From Obrimoposthia wandeli (taxonomy: Eukaryota), in the NCBI GenBank assembly GCA_977020255.1, contig CDROCS010002027.1:62001-126000 (forward strand): a stretch of DNA of 64,000 nucleotides. The letters run 5' to 3'. The notes below the pieces were generated by a model. The model did no database searches. It was not told the origin of the DNA and was given only the letters and a program-made list of their open reading frames with translations. The translations under genes were made by a program, and so were the position numbers. This document shows positions 51,227-59,585 of the stretch, piece after piece (the stretch's first letter is position 1; every line of letters begins with the position of its first letter).

Positions 51227-51730
51227 GTGAGCATAGCACTTTTCTACGGTACAACCACCGGAAACACAGGAGATATTGCTGAGAAGGTTCAGCAGCATCT
51301 AGATAATGTAGAATTATTTGACGTCGCCGATTCACCTTTGGAAATCATCGAAAACTACCAGCAATTAATCTTTGCTGTTCCGACTTGGGACTATGGTGAA
51401 ATTCAGGAAGACTGGCAAGAAGTTTGGGATGATGTCGATCAGATTGACTTCAGCAACAAAACTGTCGCTTTCATAGGATTGGGAGATCAATACGGGTACG
51501 CTGAATGGTTCGTTGATGCTATAGGCATGCTGCATGACAAAATGGTTGCTAAAGGCGCTAAAGTTGTCGGGCATTGGTCTACTAATGGCTATGAGTTTGA
51601 TGAGTCTAAAGCGTTGACTGCCGATAAAAAGTTTTTTATTGGCCTTGCGATAGATGAAGATTGCCAAAATGAGCTCACTGACGAGCGAGTAGAACAATGG
51701 TGCCAGCAAGTTAGTTTAGAGTTTTTATAA
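51227..51730 (+). CDS. fldB: Long-chain flavodoxin, FldB-like
   Basis: YGTTTGNT, PTWDYGEIQEDW, GLGDQ.GY.EWF.DA.GMLHD and GLAIDED.Q. Confidence 0.85.
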   Translation: MSIALFYGTTTGNTGDIAEKVQQHLDNVELFDVADSPLEIIENYQQLIFAVPTWDYGEIQEDWQEVWDDVDQIDFSNKTVAFIGLGDQYGYAEWFVDAIGMLHDKMVAKGAKVVGHWSTNGYEFDESKALTADKKFFIGLAIDEDCQNELTDERVEQWCQQVSLEFL

Positions 51731-51828
51731 TAAACTCGCTTATCTCGTATCAAACTAATACTTAAACGGCTAACGCTAGAATACAGCTTTGATCGATAAT
51801 ACTACTTAATAACTTAGGTAGTTTATCG

Positions 51829-51980
51829 CATTAGTGTCCGGTTTAATTTTTGTTGTTCTTTAACTCATTGATTTCACGTTAACCACAAGGGTTATTTGGC
51901 TAAGAAAATCTAATGACCTATGCTAGAAAACCACAAATTAATGAGTTAAAGAGCTTACACTTTTTAACCGGACAGCAATG
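51829..51980 (+). mobile_element. MITE family 1, full-length copy (152 bp) with a perfect 9-bp target-site duplication
   Basis: TIRs CATTAGTGTCCGGTTTAA / TTAACCGGACAGCAATG; AGTTTATCG at both 51820-51828 and 51981-51989. Confidence 0.9.
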
Positions 51981-52263
51981 AGTTTATCGAGAACACTCTG
52001 CGCTATATGATGTAAGTTAAATTTCCACACCCGTTAATTTTTCAATAAATTGCAACTTGAATTAGCGTCCATTTCTGGCTAACACCACTGTTCAATTAAC
52101 ACGCCGTTATAAAGGAAAATTACGCGATAGAGCTTGCGATTAACCCCCTATCAATTAATCGCTAGTTAATCAGTAGCGCTAGTTTGATAATCCCTTTAAA
52201 AGCGCTTCCAAATTTATAAAAACTATCTTACAGTCCTAGCATAATATAATTTTAGGAGTAAGC

Positions 52264-53940
52264 ATGTTTAGGTTTGTTAGTATATTTCTAGTAACAGCAA
52301 TTGCAGCGGCAAGTTATTTCTTCTTCTATGCTGAGACACCACTTCCTTTTTTTAACCAAGACTTCAACAGCGAGAAAAACAACCCAAAAGTTTCGACTCT
52401 AGCTAACCCTCCCCCTTTAGAGCAGGCTCCGCCAAAAATAGCCGAGCAAATTGACTCGCCAGATATACAGCCGGCATTAAAACTACCTATTCTGACCGAG
52501 CAAGAACAACTGCAAGCAAAAGCGCATGTCAACAGCATCACCACTGCCCCAGAAGAGCCTATTGCCATTAAATCAGCCGATCACTTTGTTACCGCTGAAC
52601 AGATACTACAATTACCTGAACTGCAAAAACCTGAAATTATTAAGATTCAGAGTGCCGATCCGGCTGTCGCTGTTATTGTTAGTGCAGCAAAGCCAGACAA
52701 CACTGTTTTAAGCGTCGCACAAACCAATCAAAATAACGCCAATGCGGCTCAGAGTTTTGCCGTTAAAATCCCCTCTTTTAAAAAAATAGTCGTCGATCCT
52801 AAAAAAACCACTGTTATTTCAAAAACTGATCAAGCAATAACCACTAAACCGGCGATTTTAAAAAATACCATTTCAGCAGAAGCTTTACCTGCAAAAGATG
52901 TAAAGGTGTTAGCTAGTTTAAAAAATATACCTAACAAAACATCAAGTAAGACACCTAAAGAAACGAATACCATCAAGGCACTTGCTACAGTAACCAGCAA
53001 AACGACAGCAGCAATAACCCCTGTTAAAACAGACATAAGCCCACCTAAAGAAGCTAATACCGTCAAGGTACTTGCTACGGTAACCGGCAAACCGACAACA
53101 GCAAAAGCTCCTATTAAAATAGACATCAGCTCACCTAAAGTGACTACCGTCGAATTAGAAACCGTTCCGATATTTAAAAAACTGAAAGAAAATTCAGCGC
53201 AAATTTCGGATATGGATGTATCAGAACTCGCCAAGCTCGTCACTGCACCATCAACATCAACAACTAATGAGCCTGAACCAACAAATGAGACTAATTCAAC
53301 TTCTGTCAAAGAACTAACAAAACAAACAGCACAATCTTCAATTATTACTGTTAAAGACAAGGCTAAAAATAGCCCTCCCATAACAACAGCAATCTCTACT
53401 ATTGATACGAATGACGTTAAGCAAATAAATACCGTACCTATTTTAAAAGAAAAAAAACCAGCCGTTATAAAACCAATAGCTATTATTCAAAAACAAGATG
53501 ATAAAATTGCAGTTACTCAATCAGAGAAGAATAGAGTAAAGCTCAAAGAGTTATTAAGTGAGATAGATTCAGATAAAAAGCGGATTTTTTATCTGCATGC
53601 GGTGGATAATGCCGATGAGCAAGGTATATGGGGAATTATTCAAAAAGGCCTAATGGGTACTTTTTCTAAAGGTATTAGCTTAGAACAAGCCAATGGAACT
53701 ATTCGAGCCTTAATTCCTGAAGATGCTGATGAACTACTTACAAGTAAACAAAGCTCTTTTTTAGGCAAGTTATTAAGCTACAAAGTACTTACCACTTATG
53801 TATACAACTATGAGCAAGGTAATATCGGTAAAAACCCTGATTTTATCAAACCCGGTCAACAACTCATTATCGTCACATTTACCGAACAAGAATTAATGGC
53901 CGTTTATCAACACTTTAAGAATTTCCAAGAAGGAAACTGA
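52264..53940 (+). CDS. Membrane-anchored protein with a long T/K/P-rich linker and a LysM-like C-terminal domain
   Basis: N-terminal TM; low-complexity stalk with a 30-aa tandem repeat; C-terminal DEQGIWGI...NPDFIKPGQQLII. Confidence 0.7.
   Translation: MFRFVSIFLVTAIAAASYFFFYAETPLPFFNQDFNSEKNNPKVSTLANPPPLEQAPPKIAEQIDSPDIQPALKLPILTEQEQLQAKAHVNSITTAPEEPIAIKSADHFVTAEQILQLPELQKPEIIKIQSADPAVAVIVSAAKPDNTVLSVAQTNQNNANAAQSFAVKIPSFKKIVVDPKKTTVISKTDQAITTKPAILKNTISAEALPAKDVKVLASLKNIPNKTSSKTPKETNTIKALATVTSKTTAAITPVKTDISPPKEANTVKVLATVTGKPTTAKAPIKIDISSPKVTTVELETVPIFKKLKENSAQISDMDVSELAKLVTAPSTSTTNEPEPTNETNSTSVKELTKQTAQSSIITVKDKAKNSPPITTAISTIDTNDVKQINTVPILKEKKPAVIKPIAIIQKQDDKIAVTQSEKNRVKLKELLSEIDSDKKRIFYLHAVDNADEQGIWGIIQKGLMGTFSKGISLEQANGTIRALIPEDADELLTSKQSSFLGKLLSYKVLTTYVYNYEQGNIGKNPDFIKPGQQLIIVTFTEQELMAVYQHFKNFQEGN
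52954..53139 (+). repeat. 90-bp (30-aa) intragenic tandem duplication
   Basis: PKETNTIKALATVTSKTTAAITPVKTDISP / PKEANTVKVLATVTGKPTTAKAPIKIDISS / PK. Confidence 0.8.
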
Positions 53941-53989
53941 TTGAATTATCGACTCAGGGATCACCTAAGGAAATTGCGAACAATGCCCT

Positions 53990-54204
53990 ACGCCCTGTTA
54001 TACAAAGTAGTTGGTAATTGAGGCAATGGTTGCAGGCGGGCTGGTTTCGAACAAAGAGTACGAATAGCCCTGTACGTCCCATAGAATGAAGCTCTAAGCG
54101 GTCAGTTCCTTTGTCTAAAGCTTGTACACTGGCCATGCACTTTTCAATCTTGCGCAGGTTTAACCGCTTAGTTATCCACATAAAACTTCTAGGGACTTAG
54201 TCGC
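53990..54204 (+). repeat. Structured interspersed element family 2, copy 2
   Basis: Shares ATTGAGGCAAyGGTT, AACAAAGAG, TAAGCG, CCTTTG, GCTTGTA, ACTGGCCAT and GACTTA..GTCGC with 25303-25530. Confidence 0.6.
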
Positions 54205-54695
54205 GGCTTGCCAAATGATAGAAAGCTGCCGATAGTACTATAGCCTATAGATCACAAGACACGAGACACGAAAAAAAGTTAGAAGAACTCATTATTAAAA
54301 AATCTGATTTAGCGAAAAGAGTATCGCAACAAGCACCTACAAAGCTTGATAAGATCGAAAATGCTGAGATTTCAGTTACAAGAGCGGATAGAGAAAAACC
54401 TTTTGCTATTTATAAACACATTATGGATTAGCGTGTACTCGATTTATGAGGCTTGCTAAAAATGAGACATTTTACGGATTGGCTGTAATGGCTAGCAATA
54501 TTTCAAAAGAGGCTAAAGCGTTAATGCTATACGGGCTATCTGAGACAAAAATCGTAGGGTAAATACAGCTTCGACAAATGTATCTAAGGCTCCCAATACA
54601 GCAAGGTACGGTACCAAAACAAAGCCCTAGTAAATTTATTCCTATTTTTGTGGAATTGATGCTCACTGAGAAAATCAGAATTTATGCTGAAATCT

Positions 54696-54743
54696 CCCAT
54701 TAATAATAAGAAACAATAATTTAACTTTCTTGTTATTAATGGG
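54696..54743. terminator. Long hairpin downstream of the SBP gene
   Basis: CCCATTAATAATAAGAAA / TTTCTTGTTATTAATGGG. Confidence 0.6.
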
Positions 54744-54797
54744 ATGCTGAGAAAGCCTGAACCTAGTTTTCCCCGGTTATGGTTATAATGAACAATA

Positions 54798-55520
54798 TTA
54801 CTTGATATAAGAGTCTATAATTTGTTGGTGCCTACCACTCTTTTTAAGATCAGCTAAACCTAAATTAAAATCGTCTCTCAAACTTTCATCTTGAAACGCT
54901 ACTTTAAAAGGGGTAGGGGTAAAAACTTCGTAAGTATTAATTTTTTGACTAGTATCAGCTTTCTTCTCTAAACTCTTATAATATTTGAAAATATTGTTGT
55001 CAAGAACAATCACTTCAACTCTGTCTGAGTACAACATTCTTACTTGTAAATCTTGTTGAGCCTTCTCTTTATACTTTTTATTGCCCTTAACCATGCTGGC
55101 AAATTCATCGCCTAAATATTCTTTCGCATTTTGAAAGGCCATTACCGAGTGATTTCCCAATGCAGGCACATCAGTAATTGCTAGATTATTTTTTTGCAAT
55201 GCTATAGCTACATTTTGATAAGTGATATGTGAGTCTGAATAATGTACATTTTTCATGCCTGATGATTCATTGATTGTTAGTACAGCATCAGACTCTTTAA
55301 TAGCGCCTAAAATACGTTTGAATGGAAAATATTTTATTTGGACAGTATGTCCTTTGAAAGCTAGAGATTCTCTTACGATATCTAACTCCATGCCTGTGCT
55401 ATCACCAGATATCACATAAGGTGGTAATGCTAAACCAACTGCTATTTTTAACTCAGCGGCAAATGCAGCAGGCATTATAGTGAACATTAACATTGTGGTC
55501 GTCAAAAGTTTTTTAAGCAT
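54798..55520 (-). CDS. Orphan periplasmic substrate-binding protein (SBP family 3)
   Basis: Signal peptide; LPPY...STGMELDI, PFKRI and LRDDFN.GL..LK.SG. Confidence 0.85.
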   Translation of the reverse strand: MLKKLLTTTMLMFTIMPAAFAAELKIAVGLALPPYVISGDSTGMELDIVRESLAFKGHTVQIKYFPFKRILGAIKESDAVLTINESSGMKNVHYSDSHITYQNVAIALQKNNLAITDVPALGNHSVMAFQNAKEYLGDEFASMVKGNKKYKEKAQQDLQVRMLYSDRVEVIVLDNNIFKYYKSLEKKADTSQKINTYEVFTPTPFKVAFQDESLRDDFNLGLADLKKSGRHQQIIDSYIK

Positions 55521-55984
55521 GAATACACCTTCAATTTAATTATTATATAAATTTATAACATTACTTAAAGGATTACACTTGGAGCTAAGTTACCATAATT
55601 TAGTATCAAGCTTATTCAGTAATTCCTATAAATAATGATTAATTTGGAAACTTTAATCCACCTATCTAAGAATTATACCTAGACAGTATGTATATTTTAT
55701 AGCCATTTTTTGAAACTAAGTCAATGCTTGAACAATAAAGTTTTACCGTTTGGTAAATAATTAAAACAAAGTACGCTTGCAGAGCAATAGATAAGCAGTA
55801 AGAACACCAAGAGTAAGCAGTGGGTGTGCTGAGCAGTGCCGATTTACTATTTACCTTCGGTGAATACGCGTTGCTTGGCAAGGTATTGAATCACAATAAC
55901 ACCATGTAGATAGTTGGATAAACTAGAGCCTGTCAATCAAGATTTTTTTGATAGGCTGAATTCACCGGACAGGTCCTTAAGCGC

Positions 55985-57196
55985 TCACTTTGAAAATATT
56001 TCATCAAAGCCGTTTATCACAGTAGAAAAATCTGGATTATAAGTCGTCCTAGCAACCGGAACCCCGTCAGGCGATAGCGTATGCTGAGCTGCATACCAAT
56101 GATTTACGGAGTTCATGCAAGCCATGTATATTGGATATTTATTACCATTGCAAATTAATTGCGATCCCATCTTTCCCAACAACAAATTAGCGCTGTTATT
56201 AATCAAGCTTAAGTGTGATTGATTAAGAATCCGCAAGTTTAAATAATCACTATCTCTTCTCTGTTCGTTAAACTTTAATGACATAGGTGCGCCAGCTTTT
56301 GCGTATAACAGTAATTTCTTTTTAGAACTGTTGAATTTGTCTTGAAATAGCTTTCTTGAATATTCTACATCTACTACAGAATCATCTATAGAATGAAGCA
56401 TTAACACAGGTATATTAAGTTTACGGCTACCCCACTTCGCTTTAACCCTTTGAGTAAGTGCGTAATACGCAGCAGCCGCATTAATGGAGATTGAGTTATA
56501 CTTTGTAGGATTATCTTCAGTAATCATTCCCCCAAACAACCAAGGTTGGAAGCGACTATACAACCACGAAAAGCTTAATATATTATTTAGTTTGCTGTGA
56601 TACGCAGGAGAAACTAACAGTAACCCTTTTACCTCTTTTTGCTCAAGCGCCAACAAACTTGCCAGCAACGCACCCATTGAAAAACCCCCTAAATAGATAG
56701 GTTTATTACTCGTCCCTGCTTCCTTCGTCCAGGTGCTGTAATGCTCCCTTGCTGATTTTAGCCAATCACCAGCGGACACATCCAGCATGTTACGTGGATG
56801 TGAACCGTGCCCTTTTAATAAAATAGCGCGAACATCAAATCCTTGTTCAGCAATATGCTTTGCAAAATCTCGCCAAACAAAAGGAGAATCATTCAAACCA
56901 TGAAAAAGTAAAAAACGTCCTCGATACGCAACATCAGCATTTGCTTTTATTTGAAAGGGCATATTTAGCGCGATATCTTTAGTGCTACGCTGCTTTAGGC
57001 TGTTATCAGTTAAATATTTCAGTGTATTCTTTTGGTATGTATTAAAGCTCTGTTGTGGGTTTGGAAAGCGATCAACAGCATTAACATTGCTTTTATTATT
57101 TGCTGGTGTTTTTACAGTGATAGATGAACATGAAGCAGCTACGCCACATAAAACAATGATAGCTATGTAAATTGAGGCTTTAAGCTTTAACGACAA
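55985..57196 (-). CDS. Alpha/beta-hydrolase lipoprotein (esterase/lipase-like)
   Basis: Lipobox VAASC; HGLNDSP, GFSMG nucleophile, HSIDD and SH. Confidence 0.82.
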   Translation of the reverse strand: MSLKLKASIYIAIIVLCGVAASCSSITVKTPANNKSNVNAVDRFPNPQQSFNTYQKNTLKYLTDNSLKQRSTKDIALNMPFQIKANADVAYRGRFLLFHGLNDSPFVWRDFAKHIAEQGFDVRAILLKGHGSHPRNMLDVSAGDWLKSAREHYSTWTKEAGTSNKPIYLGGFSMGALLASLLALEQKEVKGLLLVSPAYHSKLNNILSFSWLYSRFQPWLFGGMITEDNPTKYNSISINAAAAYYALTQRVKAKWGSRKLNIPVLMLHSIDDSVVDVEYSRKLFQDKFNSSKKKLLLYAKAGAPMSLKFNEQRRDSDYLNLRILNQSHLSLINNSANLLLGKMGSQLICNGNKYPIYMACMNSVNHWYAAQHTLSPDGVPVARTTYNPDFSTVINGFDEIFSK

Positions 57197-57199
57197 AAC

Positions 57200-57748
57200 T
57201 TAAACATCTCCAATATAGAAACGCTTTCCAGCACTGCATACAAATGCTTTTTGTTGAGCATCATCAATTTCAGCCATCGCTGCCAATTCATAATATACAT
57301 TGCGGCTAAGCTTTCCTTCCATCTGTGAGCGCACCATCAAGTAAGGGCTTGGCTCTGCTGTTTCTTTATCTATCTCAACTCTAAGGGGGTGCTCTTCATC
57401 TAATATAATCACATCTTGCGTACTACTTACAAAGGTAAGTTGAACCCCTTTTGGGGTCATCGTTTTTTGTAAGTGTATGAAATAAAAGGGAGTATCAAGC
57501 ACCTTTATACGCCACTTTTCGACAGGCGTTTTTAAAAAGTATTCATCGCCTTCACGGCACAAAATGCGGGCAAACAGTTTTGGTATCTGCAAGCGCTTGA
57601 ATTCATCCCCACAATGGCGCCAAACGCCTTGAGAATCGATACTGATATCTATGTCCCCAGATAATTCTGGTCGCCATAAATGTAAGGGAGGTAAACTATC
57701 ACTTGATAATAAATTGATGATATTTTCGAAATCAAAACTAGCAGACAT
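57200..57748 (-). CDS. DUF1285 family protein
   Basis: LPPLHLW.P...GDIDI.I...G.W.H, YFLKTPVEK..I.V.D.PF and EPSPYL.VR. Confidence 0.85.
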   Translation of the reverse strand: MSASFDFENIINLLSSDSLPPLHLWRPELSGDIDISIDSQGVWRHCGDEFKRLQIPKLFARILCREGDEYFLKTPVEKWRIKVLDTPFYFIHLQKTMTPKGVQLTFVSSTQDVIILDEEHPLRVEIDKETAEPSPYLMVRSQMEGKLSRNVYYELAAMAEIDDAQQKAFVCSAGKRFYIGDV

Positions 57749-58080
57749 TAATTAAAACCTTCTAATAATATTAACTAAATAAGCTAACTAAATAAGTCAA
57801 CTAAATGTAGTCACTCTATAACTTTTCTAAATCACAATTAACTATATTTCTGGGACCGTATTTTTTATTAGCGCTAGCTTTGTATCTAAATTGATTTCAA
57901 AACCCTTCAAACAAGAGCTATTAAATTGAGCTCTCAAGTAAAACCACCAAGCTAATAATTTGGCTATATTAGAAAAATTCATTATAACTTTAAAATATAT
58001 CATATTCAAAACTATTAACTTGAAAATTATTCACTGTTAAACTAAGTCCATCATTTACTAAATCATAATGGAATTTCAGC

Positions 58081-59031
58081 ATGCGCGCCAACTTAGCTAC
58101 CCGCCTTAGAGACCCTAACAGAGGAGTATATTTTGTGGGTACAACCCCACCTAGAGCAGAAGTGGCTGAAAACGAAATGCACATGATAGCAGAAAAGCTG
58201 CTCAATCGTTTAACCTCAATAGATTACGATGGTTTAGTCGTATATGACATACAAGATGAGAGTAGCCGAACAAATATCGCAAGGCCTTTTCCTTTTAAAG
58301 CCACGTATGATAGTCGAGTTTACGCTCAAGTGCTTAGTGATAAATCTCAACATCCAACCATCACTTATAAAAGCGTCTCTGCTCGTTCTGAAAGCGAATT
58401 CAATCAATGGTTAAGCCAAGCCTGGACTGAATATGGCATTCGTAATATTGTGCTAGTAGGCAGCCCATCTTCAAACGGCGTTATAAAGCTACCTTTGAAG
58501 GAGGCTTACAGCACATTAGCACAACATCAGCATAACTTTAATTTGGGAGGCGTTGCGATTGCAGAGCGTCATCATAATAAAGGTGATGAGCATATACGTA
58601 TGCATGAAAAGAGTGTGCAAGGCTGTAACTTTTTCATTACTCAAGCGGTTTATAACGCAGATGCCACTATCGATCTTTTGCAGCAATATAGTGCTCTTTG
58701 CAAAGAACAGAAAGTAACTCCTAATCGCGTCATCCTAACTTTTAGCCCTTGTGGCAGTGAAAAAACCCTAGATTTTATGCAATGGCTTGGAATATCTACA
58801 CCCAGTGCTGTAAAAACGCGCATTTTAAACGCTGATAATGCACTCACTGAGTCAATTAACATTTGTGAAGAAAACTTACAGAAAATTCTCACTTATTGCT
58901 TAGCTTTAGATATTCCATTAGGTCTCAACATCGAAAGCTTAACCAATAGAAAGGGAGAAATTGACGGCGCTATAAAACTTTTCAAATTACTCAAAGCCAC
59001 TTTGGATTTAAACTTAGCGAAGAAGTCCTAA
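58081..59031 (+). CDS. Methylenetetrahydrofolate reductase-like FAD TIM-barrel protein
   Basis: GTTPPR, DG..VYDIQDESSR....RPFPF, LGGVAIAERH, K...GCNFFITQAVY and FLQWLG-like motifs. Confidence 0.72.
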   Translation: MRANLATRLRDPNRGVYFVGTTPPRAEVAENEMHMIAEKLLNRLTSIDYDGLVVYDIQDESSRTNIARPFPFKATYDSRVYAQVLSDKSQHPTITYKSVSARSESEFNQWLSQAWTEYGIRNIVLVGSPSSNGVIKLPLKEAYSTLAQHQHNFNLGGVAIAERHHNKGDEHIRMHEKSVQGCNFFITQAVYNADATIDLLQQYSALCKEQKVTPNRVILTFSPCGSEKTLDFMQWLGISTPSAVKTRILNADNALTESINICEENLQKILTYCLALDIPLGLNIESLTNRKGEIDGAIKLFKLLKATLDLNLAKKS

Positions 59032-59049
59032 ATAACCGCAACAACGCAG

Positions 59050-59084
59050 ATCCACCAGTAAATTGTAAATTACTGGTGGATTTC
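59050..59084. terminator. Terminator between convergent MTHFR-like gene and yciH
   Basis: ATCCACCAGTAA/TTACTGGTGGAT. Confidence 0.75.
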
Positions 59085-59195
59085 AGGAATTGCTAGCCAT
59101 CAATAACAATAGAATGGCTGATAAACTGACAAAAATCATTATGATGCGCATTTGCTGACAACGCTTGCACACCTTTTTCTTTTTTGTTCCCATTG

Positions 59196-59570
59196 TTACC
59201 CTCCTGCTAGTTTTACCACAAAATTACGCTTTTGTAGAAACTCTTGTAAAACTTTACGCTGATCTCCTTGGATTTCAATCACCCCGTCTTTCACAGCGCC
59301 TCCAGTTCCACATTGCTGTTTCATTGTTTTAGCCAGAGTTTTTAATGCTTGGTTGTCTAAAGGTAAGCCTTTTATCAAGGTGACCCCTTTACCCTTGCGC
59401 CCTTTTGTCTCACGGTGGATACGCACAATGCCGTCCAGCCCTTGTAAACGCTGCTGGTCCGCAAGAATACTACATTTGCACTGATCAATAGCCTCTTTAC
59501 AATCAGAGCACATTGCTCCTTGCTCTGTTGAATAAACCAGGCCACCTAATTGTTCTTTCAATGATTTCAA
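59196..59570 (-). CDS. yciH: Translation initiation factor SUI1 homolog
   Basis: LVYSTE.G, ETKGRKGKGVT, CGTGGAVKDG.IEIQGD.R. Confidence 0.93.
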   Translation of the reverse strand: MKSLKEQLGGLVYSTEQGAMCSDCKEAIDQCKCSILADQQRLQGLDGIVRIHRETKGRKGKGVTLIKGLPLDNQALKTLAKTMKQQCGTGGAVKDGVIEIQGDQRKVLQEFLQKRNFVVKLAGG

Positions 59571-59585
59571 AACATGCTTCTCAAT

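Noticed and set aside
12898-51980. Repeats as a CRISPR array or integron attC cassettes
   Set aside because: Copies are dispersed, not tandem with spacers; there are no cas or intI genes; they have TIR/TSD architecture rather than attC cores.
52830-53381. 183-aa hydrophobic ORF on the minus strand
   Set aside because: Antisense to a T/K/P-rich low-complexity region, which produces V/L-rich frames artefactually.
55666-55881. 71-aa ORF upstream of the SBP gene
   Set aside because: No RBS or motif; probably spurious.
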